A stretch of DNA of 64,000 nt from Azolla caroliniana (taxonomy: Eukaryota > Plantae > Polypodiophyta). The position numbers were made by a program, and so were the translations under genes. How positions within the stretch are numbered: position 1 is the stretch's first letter; each line of letters starts with the position of its first letter. Positions 11,905-25,262 of the stretch are shown here, piece after piece. The notes beneath the pieces were generated by a model. The model was not told the DNA's origin. It saw nothing but the letters and a program-made list of their open reading frames with translations, and ran no database searches. The DNA is taken from assembly GCA_043228905.1 (NCBI GenBank), contig JBHGNT010000017.1, positions 14,632,001 through 14,696,000 on the forward strand, in the 5' to 3' direction.

Positions 11905-14900
11905 ATGGACGAATCGTTTGGCGGCATGTTCAAGCTCACCGGCTCCAACTATTCAATGTGGAAGTCGAAGATGAGGGACATGCTCGTGGTTAAAGACCTC
12001 TGGCTGCCGGTTTAGTTCGGGGACAAAAGACCGGACAAAATCGACGTCGCGATATGGGAGGTGATGCACATGAAGACAACGGCGTACATACGGTGCTTCA
12101 TCGACATGAGCCTGTACAACAACTTCAATGAAGAGAGCAAGGCTCATGAGCTCTGGGAGAAGATCGGTATAATGTTCCAAAACAAAAATGTTGTTAATCA
12201 GGTTTCGGTATTCCTGAAGCTAGTAAGACTCCGGTACCAAGATGGCTCCAGCATGGCGGAGCATATGAATGCCTTCCAGGGGCTGATACACCACGCAATG
12301 CCATTGGAAGTACCTCTTGCCGATGAGGTCCTAGCGCTACTCCTGCTCGGTTCCCTCCCAGATAGCTGGGCGACATTGGTTGTCACTTTGGGCAACGCCG
12401 GGCCGGAAGGAAAACGGTTATCCCTAGCAAGAGTAAAGTCGAGCTTGCTAGATGAGGAGGCGCGTCGGAAAGACAAAGATACGAGCTCCGACTCCAAAGC
12501 GCTCCTTACCGAATCGGAACGCGGAAGACATAGAAACAGTAATCCCCAGAACTGGGAGAAGTCGGGGACACGGTCAAAGTCGGGGGGAGGCCTACTTGCT
12601 TCTATTGCGGCAAGCCGGGACACTTCCAAAAGAACTGTCGGCATTTCCATAAAGACAAGGAAACCGACGGTACCGATTCGAAGCAAACCCCGAACCGAAA
12701 CGGTACAGATCGAAACGGTAAAGACCGGAGGGGGCCGGACCGGAAGGGAACGACGGGAATCGCAGCAAGTGAAGAAGAGTTGATGCTCATCACCGAGCAG
12801 AGTGAGATAAACCTTGCCGGCGACGAGATGACCTGGGTGGTAGACTCCGGAGCGTCGTTCCACCTTACCGGTCCTTCTCATCCTACTCAGCTGGTGATCA
12901 CGGCTGTGTCCGGATGGGGAATGAAGGAACATGCCGAATTGTCGGCATAGGAGACGTGTGGCTGACAACACCAACCGGATGCAAGTTGCTGCTGAAGGAT
13001 GTCCGACACGTTCCGGAAGTTCGTCTGAACCTGATATCAGCCGGTCGGCTAGATGATGAAGGCTACACGGGTAGCATCCGTAACGGTGTCATGAAGTTCA
13101 GCAAAGGGAGCCTGATTGTGGCTCGGGCCCAGAAGGTAAACACACTGTACCTGATGAATGCCCGGTTATGTCCGGAAGAAGTGAACGTGGCTTCCGACAC
13201 TGCCGGTGAGCTGTGGCACAAGAGGCTATGTCACATGAGTGAGAAGGGGATGAAGAGGCTTGCAGACGACAACCTCATTCCAGTGAAGAACGTGCACTTA
13301 GAGAAGTGCACTGATTGTCTGGCCGGTAAGCAGAACCAGACCTCCTTCAGACCAAGGCCACCGATGAGACGTAATGCACCACTGGAGTTGGTGCATACGG
13401 ATGTTTGTCAAGTAGACACGAAGTCACATGCCGGAGCGCAGTACTTCGTGACGTTCATAGATGACCACAGCCGGAAGCTGTGGGCCACACCGCTGAAGAC
13501 GAAGGATCAGGTGTTATCCGTCTTCAAAGAGCTCCACGCGAGAGTGGAAAGAGAAACCGGCCGGAAGCTGAAGGCGGTTCGAGCAGATAACGGAGGAGAG
13601 TACCGGGGGTAGTTCGAGGAGTACTGCCGCTCGAAGGGAATCCGGCTCGAATTTACCATGCCGAAGACGCCGGAACTAAACGGACTGGCCGAGAGGATGA
13701 ACCGGACCATAATGGAGAGGGTCCGGAGTATGCTAGCGCATGCAAAACTACCCAAGACGTTTTGGGCTGAGGCACTGTCGACGGCGACATATGTGATAAA
13801 CAGATCACCCTCAGTACCCTTGGACGGAGACACGCTACAGAGAGTATGGACCGGTAAGGAAGTGTCTTACCGGCATCTGAGGGTGTTCGGGTGTCTCGCA
13901 TACGTGCATGTAGCAAAGGACCGGAGAGGAAAGTAAGATCCAAAGACCCGGCCATTCATATTCCTCGGTTATAGTGACGATGATTTCGGCTATCGAGTGT
14001 GGGACCCGGTCGACAAGAAGGTATTCCGGAATCGAGATATTATCTTCATGGAGGACAAGACACTCGCCGACTGGGAGTCGGAGAAGAAGATAATGAACTC
14101 CGAGTCGACCGGTAAGGATAGACTCTACGATGAGCAGACCCAACCGGCAAGAGACCGGTTAGCACTCGAGGAACCAGCCGGTTACGGTGAGGATACCGAA
14201 CCGGCAGAAGAAGAAGTAGAGGAAGCTGAGACCGGAACCGGTCAAGACCCCGAATCGGATTTGGATGAAGAGAAAATGGAGGAGCCGGTTACCGAAGCCC
14301 GAAGACGTAGATATCCTCTTAGAGAGAGAAGGGCACCCCGGAGATTTCCGGATGCAGAGCATGTCCTGCTGACCGATGAGGGGGAGCCGGAAAGCTTTGA
14401 AGAAGCGAAGGAAGACACCCACAGCCGAAAATGGTTAAGTGCCATGCAGGATGAGATGGATTCCCTGCATGAGAACCATACGTACGAATTGGTGGAGCTG
14501 CCGAAAGGAAAGCGGGCACTCCAAAACAAGTGGGTGTACAAGTTGAAACCGGGAGATGCCGGCAACCCCCCGAGATACAAAGCCAGGATCGTGGTGAAGG
14601 GGTTCCAGCAGAAGAAGGGTGTGGACTTCGACGAGATATTTGCCCCGGTAGTAAAGATGACCTCCATCCGGACGGTGCTGAGTATAGCAGCAAGCATGGA
14701 CCTCGAGGTAGAGCAGCTGGACGTGAAGACGGCATTCCTTCACGGCGACCTCGAAGAGGAGATCTACATGCAGCAACCGGAAGGATTTGTGGAGAAAGGA
14801 AAGGAGCACCTGGTATGCCAGTTGAAGAAGAGCCTATACGGACTGAAGCAGGCTCCCCGGCAATGGTATCGGAAGTTCGACTCCTTCATGACCGATCAAG

Positions 14901-15955
14901 GGTACCACAAGACGCAGGCCGATCACTGCGTGTTTGTGAAGAAGTTCGAAGGAGGGGACTTCCTAATACTCCTCCTGTACGTGGATGACATGTTGATCGT
15001 CGGACGGGACCAAGTCAAAATACGGATGTTGAAGAAGGCTCTAAACCGGACCTTCTCAATGAAAGACTTAGGTCCGGCAAGACAGATGTTGGGGATGCAC
15101 ATCATTCGGGACCGGTCAGTGAAGCAATTATGGCTGTCACAGGAGAAATATGTGACAAAGGTGCTTCACCGGTTCAACATGTCAAATGCAAAACCGGTCG
15201 GATCGACACTTCCGGCAAACTGCAAGTTGTCCGGCAAGCAAAGCCCGAAGACGAAAGGAGAGAAGGCAGATATGATGAAGATTCCATATGCCTCTACCGT
15301 CGGGAGCTTGATGTACGCAATGGTTTGTACCCGACCGGACATTGGATACGCAGTCGGAGTGGTGAGCCGGTTTATGAGCAACCCCGGCAAGGAGCATTGG
15401 AACGCGGTCAAATGGATACTCCGGTATTTGAAGGGCACTTCAAATATGTGTCTCCGATTCGGCCCCGGAAAACCTCAACTGGACGGTTTCACCGATTCGG
15501 ACATGTCGGCTGATGTGGATACCAGCCGATCTACATCCGGGTATGTGATGACATATGCAGGGGGAGCTGTTTCGTGGCAGTCGAGGCTGCAGAAGACGGT
15601 TGCATTGTCAACCACAGAGGCGGAGTACATGGCGGCTGTGGAAGCCGGCAAGGAAATATTATGGATGAAGGACTTGATCGGAGAGCTCGGTATCCGGCAA
15701 GAGGAATACCGACTCTACTGCGACAGTCAAAGTGCCATCCACCTTGCTAAGAATGCGGCCTACCATTCCCGGACGAAGCATATCCAGTGGAGGTATCACT
15801 GGATCCGGGAAAGGGTAGATGACCAGGAGATCGCACTGACGAAGATCCACACGGCTGAGAACGGGTCAGATATGCTGACCAAAGTGCTGACACCTGACAA
15901 GCTGGACACATGTCGGAAGATGATCGGGCTGGAAAGACACCCCATGCCGGAGTGA
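11905..15955 (+). pseudogene. copia gag-pol; RT-RNase H part 13997-15955 is still open
   Basis: gag, CCHC, WVVDSGAS protease, LVHTDVC integrase, LDVKTAFLHG, LLYVDDM, STTEAEY. A few stops and frameshifts upstream. Confidence 0.93.
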
Positions 15956-18900
15956 AGGGGGAGTTTGTTGGGAGACAGGTCCCTCCGGATGGGAAGGGAG
16001 AAGAACAGTGCCGACGAACAAACTCGGCCAAGGCCAATAGGCCGAGGCCGAAACGGATGAAGAGTACCCGGCTACGGAGAGCCGGATGGTGCAGGCCCGG
16101 TATGAACCGGATGAAGAGTACCCGGCTACAGAGAGCCGGATGGTGCAGGCCCGGTATGAATCGGATGAGGAGTACCCGGCTACGGAGAGCCGGATGATAC
16201 AGGCCCGGTGTGAACCGGATGAGGAGTACCCGACTACGGAGAGCCGGATGGTGCAGAACCGGTGAGAACCGGAGGAAGAGACATATTCGTAAATATGTTT
16301 CTGAGAGCCCATCGAGGCTATATTTGTAAATAGCCGAAAAGTCATATTAGTATAAATATGACTTAGGGCAAACTTTTAGGTTACTGTTGTTACTTTTCTT
16401 GTTGGTGCAAGAAGAAGAGAGAGCGCGTAACTATACACAGAGAGAGAGAGAGACGAGGTCATTGCCTCTATTGTAACCGCCGCCTGTGGCGAAGATCGTG
16501 AGTTCGAGGTCGTTGCCTCAGTGTACTCACTGTTTTGTACATTCATACATAGTGACAGTTTGCAGCCTGTGGGCTGCCGTGGTTTTTCCCCTAGTTTGGG
16601 GTTTTCCACGTAAACCTCTTGTGTACCATCTCTCTTCTCTGTGTCGTGTTTTATTTCCCGTTTTCTGTGTATGAAAAGAATCTCGGTTGTGGCCGAGTGT
16701 CGGACATAAGGAACGTCGAGTTCCCGTCAGGTTGCAATATAGGTCTGAATACCACTGAGAATGGAAGTAATGAGACTACTATCATAGAGAGAAAGGTTGT
16801 AGACTATTTCAACGTTCAGACCAAGCACATAAGCAATGAAGACAAGAAGGTAGTACTTTATTGTTAGTAGAAAATTTGTGTACAATACAATGAACCCGAT
16901 AATTTCAAGTGGTGAAGGAACTAGTTTGCTAAAGCTAACAACAAGATGTAAGCCAATGACACACATAACATCAGAAATCAAGGATATAATCACCATATTT
17001 TGTACTAGTGAGAGTAGGGTTTCACCCAATAAGAAGGATTTATGTGCAAGAAACATGTTGGAAGGAGTCAATATGAGGAGCATCCCATTCATCTTCTTGA
17101 TGTACCTCAGGTATTTACATTTATCTCAACTTTTGTTTTGAGTTTTAAGCTTAGTGTAAAAAGAATAGCGTGCGGAAGCAATAGAAAACTGAACACAGAA
17201 ACGCAGGTTTAATGGAGAGCTTGAATATACACAGTACGCGCGCGCGAGAGAGAGAGAGAGAGAGAATGCACACAAACTCAATTAAAAAATAATACGCAGT
17301 CTGTACATAGGATGTGCTCAGTGAGCACTTTTATACAAGTCCATATGGACTGACAGAAGTACTGACACGTACTTCAATGCTCATAAGTGAGCTCTACACT
17401 AACTCCCAAAATATATTCCTAAGCAGAATATCTTTCCAACGGCCTCGCAGTTTACGCACCACTACAGCTTCTTGTTGCGTACTGGTTTGTGCACTGGTCC
17501 GGCCTAACCGATCGATCCCAACTGATCTGGTTCTTCGCTTGCACAACCGATCCGACCAATGTTGAGGTTGTATCTCAACACTCCCCCTCAAGCTCAACTT
17601 GAGGTTCCATCCACTCTTCCGGATCTACGCTCCGGTTCCTTCTAGCTTCACGCCTTGCTCGTGCTCCTTGACCTGTTCGATTCCGCGTGCCTCGACCCTT
17701 TCGGTCGGTTTGTGTGCTCGTGCGGCCCTTCTCAGCTCCGTTGTTGTCGCGGTGTTGGCGCTGCTTCTGCTGCCTTCTCTTCCGCTTGGCCCTCGGTTGA
17801 TTCAGCGTATCCGAATCAAAAATCCGAACCGACTCGGCTTCCTCCGATCGGTTTTCACTTTCGTCCGAGTTGGTTGTTTCCAACTCATCTTCGGTCTTCT
17901 CGCCCTTGATGGCTTCGTCTCCTCCACGCTTGGTTGGCTTCGGCTCTTTATTTCGACTACTCCCCTTATGTCCACTTTCGGAATCTTCCGCAGACCTGCC
18001 CTCGGCTTCTTTAGCCGATCTGAAATCGAATCTGTCATCCGACTCGGCGTCGCGGTCTTCCGGAACTTCTCTCCCCCTTCCGTGGTCATTCGGGACGTCT
18101 CTCCCCCTCAAGTTCGGCACGTCCAGGTGATGCAACCGATGTGCACCCGAGAATTGCCGCAACTTGTCCAAACCAAGAGGCTTGGTGAAGATGTGGACGG
18201 TCTGCCGATCCGTCGGAACATACTGAAGTTCGACTTCATCAAATAGGACGCGCTCACGGACGAAATGGTAGTGCACCTCAATGTGCTTAGTCCGGGCGTG
18301 GAAGACGGGGTTCTTTGCTAGCTGGATATTGCTGAGGTTGTCGCAGTAGATTGTCGTTGGATCGAATACCTCCACCTGCAGATCTTTTAGTAGCCACTTC
18401 AACCATATGGCTTCGCATGTCGCGAGAATCGCTCCTCTATACTCGGCTTCAGTGCTCGACAACGCAACTGTCGACTGCTTCTTGCTACTCCATGCGATCG
18501 AGGCACTCCCAAGAGAGAATGCGAAACCGGACGTGGATCGACGATCAACGACGTTGTCGGCCCAGTCAACATCGGTGTAGTTGTCCAACTGCGGGGTTGT
18601 ACCAAGCTGATATAGTAGCCCCCGGTCCTTAGTGCCGCTTACGTACCACAGTACGCGTTGCGCACACTTAAGGTGCTCCTCCGTAGGTCGCGCCATGAAC
18701 TGACTAAGCACCCCGACCGGGTAGTTGAGATCTGGTCGGGTGATGGTCAAGTATATAAGGCTTCCGACTATCTATCGGAACCTCGTCAGGTCGCATACCT
18801 TTCCGGAATCGGGGCAAAAGCTTGACGGTTCTATCCAGAGGAGTCGAGACGGACTTATAGTCGGTCATCCTGAATTTGAAGAGCATACTCAGCATGTAAT

Positions 18901-21145
18901 GCCGTGGCTAATCAGTATGCCTTCGGGAGTACGGATCACTTCGATCCCGAGGAAGTAAGGAAGGTCCCCCAGGTCCTTCATGTCAAATGAAGCCGCAAGT
19001 TGGAGCTTCACGCGGTCAATCTCACCTAGGTCGGCGCCGGTGATGACCAAGTCATCAACATAAAGTAAAATACTAACCGGTCCGAGTTGACCTTTCTGGA
19101 TGAACACCGAGGAGTCTGATTTTGATGTCGTAAAGCCCATCCGATGCAATTGTTGCGTGATCTTCGTGTTCCAAGCATGTGGGGCTTTCTTTAGTCCGTA
19201 AAGGGACTTCTTCAACCGGCACACCGCCAAGGTGTTCGTTCTGGAGTGAAATTCGGGGGGTTGTACCATGTACACCTGTTCCTCAAGCTCACCTTGCAGG
19301 AACGCATTCTTTACATCCATCTAATGTAAGTGCCACCCCTTCACCGCAGCTACCGCGAGCAAAACGCGGACGGTTGTCATCTTCGCAACCGTTGCAAACG
19401 TCTCATCGTAGTCGATGTCGTGTTGTTGAGTGTAGCCTTTTGCTACTAACAAGGCCTTGTATCGGTTGACTGAGCCGTTAGTGTTGTACTTGACCTCGTA
19501 CATCCACCTACATCCGATCGGCTTCACACCTTTCGGTGCGTCAACCAGGTCCCAGGCTTCATTTTCCGCCAAAGCGCACATCTCTTCCTCCATCGCGGCA
19601 TGTCAATTCACGTCCTTCGCCGCTTCTGCGTAGCTCTTTGGCTCACGCACTTCCGCTACATGGGTCATGTATGCATAGTGATGCACCATGTACTCATTGT
19701 ATCTGAACCGCATAACAAGGTTCTTCTGGCGGGTAGATCAACGTAATTGCTCATTAACCAATGTTGAGGCTTTCTTAGCCGACGCGGACTTCACTTTTGA
19801 GGACCCGTCATCACTTCCCTCGGAGTCGGACTCGCGTCGATCCGACTCGTTCCTATTTGTACCATAGTCTGACACCTTCTTCTTCCCTTTTTCCTTGCGC
19901 GTAAGCCGTCTCCTCGGCTTCTTGCGCAGGGAATGCACGACCGAGTCTCCACTACTCGCCAGCTCTTCTTCAGACTGGTCAAACCGACCCAGTCGCTCGT
20001 TCGGGTCACTTAGCCAAAATGAAATCGGACTCTCATCGAGGGTCTTGATTTCGCGGTCAGCCGGGGGAATTTCAGCCTCGTTGACCTCATCGTCAGAACT
20101 CGGGTCCGGAGGTTCGGAGTTGGAGTTGAGGTCCAGAGTCGGAGGCAAGTACTAGGACGTGGACTCGTCAAACACAACATCACGACTCATGTGAGCTTGT
20201 TTGGTTCGGGGTTATAACACTTATAACCCTTCTGCTCATCCGAATAGCAGACTAAGATACACTTCTCAGCTTTCGCATCCAACTTCCTTCGTTTCTCCTT
20301 TGGCACATGCACATACACAATGCTACCGAAAACTCTCAAGTGTCGTAGATTCAGCTTCCTTCCAAAATACTACTCATACGCCGACACTTTGTCTCCGATC
20401 CGATTCTGGATGTACACCGCGGTTCGTACCACTTCGGCCCAATAGAACTTGGGCAAGCTCTTTTCTTCCAGCATTGCGCGCGCCGCTTCCACAACCAACA
20501 GATTTTTCCTTTCGGCCACGTTGTTTGCTTCGGCATATATCTGCTGAATTTGCATCGAATTCCCATCTATTGTAGATACCCATTGAATTGACTGGAAAAG
20601 TACTCTTTTCTACCATCCGACCGCAGGCACTTGATCTTTCTTCCTGTTTCCCTTTCGACGAAACTCTTGAGGTCCCGGAAACAGTCGAAGACGTCACTCT
20701 TCTTCTCAATAAGGTAGATCCACATGTGCCGTGTATAGTCGTCGATGAAGGAGACGAAATACCGACTCCCGCCAAGACTAACGTTCTGTGCCGGCCCCCA
20801 TACATCGGAATGTATCAAGTCGAGCTTGTTCCAGCTCAGGTTGCGCTCGTTAGGGAAAGGAAGTCGGTGTTGCTTCCATAGTTGGCAGGCTTCACAAATT
20901 TGTGCCTCCCCGCCACTAAATTTGGGCAATCCGAACACCGCTTGTTTCGATTGTAGGTCCTGAAGCCGTTGATAGTTGACGTGGCCTATCCACTTGTGCC
21001 ATAAGTCAATATCCGACTCGACTTTTTGTCCTTTCGGGAACATTGCGGTGTCACTGTCACTAGAGTCGAGGATAAACATCCTCCCATCTCTGTGCCCTTG
21101 CGCAATAACTCAGTCTTCTTCCTCGATGGAGCACCCGAGATGCGT

Positions 21146-21874
21146 TGTCGTGCCTTTCGGCTCCGGATCGTTTGCGTGAGTCGGGTGGGAACCACTGGGG
21201 TTTTGGACTAGGAAGAAGAGAGTTTTAAGGCTAATAAGAATATAAATATGTTGTAAGAAAGAGTTATAGCAAACTCGTGAATCCCACGAGTGTATTGTAT
21301 TAGATTAATCAATATGAATATAAGAATATAAACTTCGGTTGAAAGAGAATGATATAGAATTCTCGTGAATCCCACGAGTATAGTTTATTAATTGGTGTTT
21401 TTTAGAAACATATCCAGTTTCCAAATATTTTTCACACACAATTACATTGTGCTCCCCATCCTTATGTAGTGATGAGGAAGTCTTAGTAATCCATGCTTTT
21501 TCTCTAACTATAGACCCCATGCTTTTCCTATAGATAGACTATATGCTTTATCTAAAGTGATCATGCTTTTTTCTAACTTGTGCGTTTTTTATCATGCACG
21601 CTAGATGTGTATGTGTAGCTTTTTCTTTTGTTATGCGTTTTTCTAATGTTTATCCTAGCGTGAATTTACCTTTCTATGTGGGACATCTATGCTTTAACAC
21701 TAATGAAATGCTAGTGTAATGGTAAGACATTACATTATTAACATGGAGGTGCAAGGTTCGAATCTTGCCCTATGCATGTTCCATTTATTTTGCTATTTTC
21801 TTCTATTTCTTCATTTTTTATTGAATCTAATACTATATACGTTTTTCACGTAGTGTACAAAATACACTACGACA
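21146..21874 (-). mobile_element. Solo LTR, Phygy-like gypsy
   Basis: TGTCGT...ACGACA ends; 4-bp TSD GCGT; removal restores host frame GMQVRFTHLGC. Confidence 0.88.
21706..21780 (+). promoter_or_regulatory. tRNA-like A/B-box unit in LTR
   Basis: TAGTGTAATGG 21712-21722; GGTTCGAATCT 21755-21765; T runs downstream. Confidence 0.7.
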
Positions 21875-23323
21875 GCGTGAACCGGACTTGCATCCCCTAG
21901 TCGACGATCTGCCTGACCGACACCAGATTCTTCATGATGGTCGGGACGTGTAACATGTTCATGATTTTCCCTTTTTGCCCGACATGGCTCAGAGGAACTT
22001 CACCAACATTCGTGATCTGATGCGGAGTGTCGTCTCCGGTTGTGACTACTCCCGGTTGCATTGGTTTCTCAAGGTATGAGAACCACTGCTTGTGGCACGT
22101 CATGTGGTTTGATGCACCGGAGTCAATGTACCACACCTCGTCCGATTTCGGGGTGGACCTCTTCATCAAGTTCACTTCATGTCTCATCACGAAGGCTGAC
22201 CCTTTTTCGGCTTTTCCAAATCCTGCAGCATAGTGCGATCGCTGCCGATTACCCTTGTCGATTTGTCCGGAACCTGATCGAGATCCCGTCCTCTCCGAAT
22301 CGGCGCGCTTCTTCCAGCACTCACTCTCCTTGTGGCCTTTCTTGCCATAGTACCAGCATTTCGTGGTGGATTTCCCTTGTCGGTTCTCGTCGCCTCGACT
22401 CCCCCTGGTTCCAGAGGGTCCGGAATCGCTATCGGCATCACTTTGGTGCCTCCTTCCTCGGTCCCATCGGCCGCTTCCATTACGCACCAACTCGCATCGT
22501 TCGCCACGACCATGGGGACTATCTCCCTCTGTGTACAACATCTTGTTGTCGGCATGCGTGCTCGTCGATGCACCCGCGTGGTTCTCCTCTATAAGGAGCA
22601 TCGATTGTAGGTTGAAAAACGACAACGTATTCTCCCGTGTACACACAGTAGTTCGGAACGCTCTGAACTTCGACACCAGTCCCCTGAGAAAGATTTGCAC
22701 CATCTTGCCTTCCTCGATGTTCACATCGATAGAGGCTAAGGAGTCACATATCTCTTTGATCTTCAAGGTGTAATCAGCCATCGACAAGTCGCGTTGTCGT
22801 AAGTTGCTTAGCTCCTGTCAGAGTTGAAGCTTCCTAGTTGTGGTGCTTGCGGCGAAAATCTTCTTCAGATTTCCCCAAGCATCCTTTACCATTTTTGCAT
22901 CCCGAATATAGCTCAGAAGTTGTTCGCCCACACAAGACGTGAATTAGTAGAGAACTTTGGTCACCGACTGTTTCCACCCTGGGAAATCTTTGTGTGTCAA
23001 ATCGGGTACTGTGTCATTTGCTCCATTGACATAGCCCCAGTATCCATGCCCGAGCAGGTACTAGTGCATCTTGTACTACCAAGACGGGTAGTTGTTTCTG
23101 TCGAGCTTCTCAGTAGGAAGCGAGCTAGCCATGCCTCTATCCATTTTGTTTTTCCTGTTCTTTACAAAGGTTAGGTTTTCTTCTTTGAGCTAAGGTCGTC
23201 TACAGAGGTTCTCAACCCTCGCGCTCTGATACCATGTAAAAAGAATAGCGTGCATAAGCAATAGAAAACCGAACACAAAAACGCAGGTTTAATGGAGAGC
23301 TTGAATATATATACAGTACGCGG

Positions 23324-23358
<35 letters not shown>

Positions 23359-23684
23359 TACACAAACTCAATTCAAAAATAATACGCAATCTGTGCATAG
23401 GATGTGCTCAGTGAGCACTTTTTATACAAGTTCATACAGACTGACAAAAGTACTAACACGTACTTTAATGCTAATAAGTGAGCTCTACACTAACTCCCAA
23501 AATATATTCCTATGTGGAATATCTTTCCAATGGCCTCGCAGTTTACGCACCGCTACGGCTTCTCGTTGCGTACTGGTTTGCGCACCCGGTTTACGCATCG
23601 ATCTAGCCTAACCGATCGATCCCAACTGATCAGGTTCTCGGCTTGCATAGCTGATCTGACCAATGTTGAGCTTGTATCTCAACA

Positions 23685-25262
23685 CTTAGTTACTTAGTTA
23701 CTTAGCTACCTCAGAATATGATCATAGCTAACTAGCTACTGGTAATAGCTAAATAACGATTGAAAATAGCTAACTTAGCTATTATCAACTAATTAGCTAC
23801 CACAATAGCTAATTAGCTATATCAGAATATGACCATATCTAATTAGCTACCACAATAGCTAATTAGCTATATCAGAATATGACCATATCTAATTAGCTAC
23901 CACAATAGCTAATTAGCTACCTCAGAATATGTCCATAGCTAACTAGCTACTGGTAATAGCTAAATAATGATTGACAATAGCTAACTTAGCTATTATTAGC
24001 TAATTAGCTACCTCAGAATAGGACCATAGCTAACTAGCTACTGGTAATAGCTAAATACATATTCCCAATACTAAACATAGCTATTATCACCTAATTAGCT
24101 ACCTCTAAATATGATCATAGCTAACTAGCTATTGGTAATAGCTAAATAGTGATTGACAATAGCTAACTTAGCTATTATCAGCTAATTAGCTACACCAATA
24201 GCTAATTAGGTATCTCAGAATATGACCATAGCTAATTAGCTACGTCAGAATATGACCATAACTAACTAGCTACTGGTAATAGTTAAATAGCTATTGCCAA
24301 TACTAAACTAAGTTATTATCAATTAATTAGCTACCACAATAGCCAATTAGCTACCTCAGAATATGACCATAACTAACTATCTACGAGTAATAGCTATTTA
24401 GCTATTGCCAATAGTAAACTTAGCACTTATCACCTAATTAGCTATTAAGAGTACTAAGTTAGCTATTCACAATAGCTAATTAGCTACCTTAATAGCTAAT
24501 TAGCTCCTCACATAGCTAACTAGCTACTCTTGATAGTTAATTGTTGGGAATCAAGGTCAACATAGCACAACGTGTGAACACACCTTTTGAGAATCTATGA
24601 TTACTGAAAGGTCAAGAGTCACACCACTACTCTCTACACATTAACTATGTGTCATAGAATCATATTCTATGACACATAACTAATGACTTACATATTCCCC
24701 ATGACTATGAGTCTTCACATTCCCCAAGAGAGAGTGGTTGTTGTCAGTTAATGAAGAGAGAGGGTGACTTTATATAAAGCACCCTCCTCATACTTCATAC
24801 TAAGTCGGTTGTGACTCCTTGTAATGCTACATTTTCATTTATCATATTCTCCTTGTTAATATACATCTCCTTCTTCTTGAGTACTTCATTTTGTCTCTTA
24901 TCCATCTTGTGTTTCTCTCCTCTCCTCTTTCCTCTCCCATATACACATAACACACATCTCTTCCGCTACACAAGAATCACCATTGATTCTTTACACTAAT
25001 TAGCTACTCTTAATAGCTAATTAACTAATGGAAATAGCTAGTTAACTATATCACGAGCTAATTAGCTATTAAGGTAGCTAATTAGGTACTATCAATAGCT
25101 AATTAACTACTCTTAATAGTTAATTAACTATTGGCAATAGCTAACTAGCTATGTCAGTAGCTAATTGACAGTAGCTAATTAGCTACACTTAATAACTAAT
25201 TAGCTACTACGAGAGTACGATCATAGCTAATTAGCTACCACACTATATCTAACTAGCTACAT
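23685..25262. repeat. Intronic palindromic minisatellite (TAGCTAATTAGCTA / TAGCTAACTAGCTA core) with higher-order units
   Basis: Dozens of AGCTAATTAGCT cores with recurring linkers (cctcagaatatgacca, ctggtaa); ends ~45 bp before the splice acceptor at 25308. Confidence 0.92.
24542..24995 (+). mobile_element. Solo LTR of another family
   Basis: TGTTG...TTACA ends; TSD TTAAT/CTAAT; TATA-like tatataaag ~24771. Confidence 0.8.

Larger units (their letters stand above)
11111..16729 (+). mobile_element. Ty1/copia LTR retrotransposon (Tork/TAR-like), full length, apparently the youngest element here
   Basis: 764-bp LTRs 11111-11874 and 15966-16729 with about 11 substitutions by eye; TSD GGTTG; PBS iMet 11877-11888; PPT gaagggggag. 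Confidence 0.97.
17155..23684 (-). mobile_element. Ty1/copia (Bryco-like), full length and decayed, inside the Sola2-like transposase intron
   Basis: LTRs 23235-23684 and 17155-17580; TSD CTTAG; PBS iMet 23223-23234; PPT 17581-17590; gag, PR, INT, RT and RH fragments on -. Confidence 0.95.

Noticed and set aside
23685-25262. AGCT arrays as targets of the cargo methyltransferase
   Set aside because: They belong to the older host element, not the MTase-bearing one; nothing links them.
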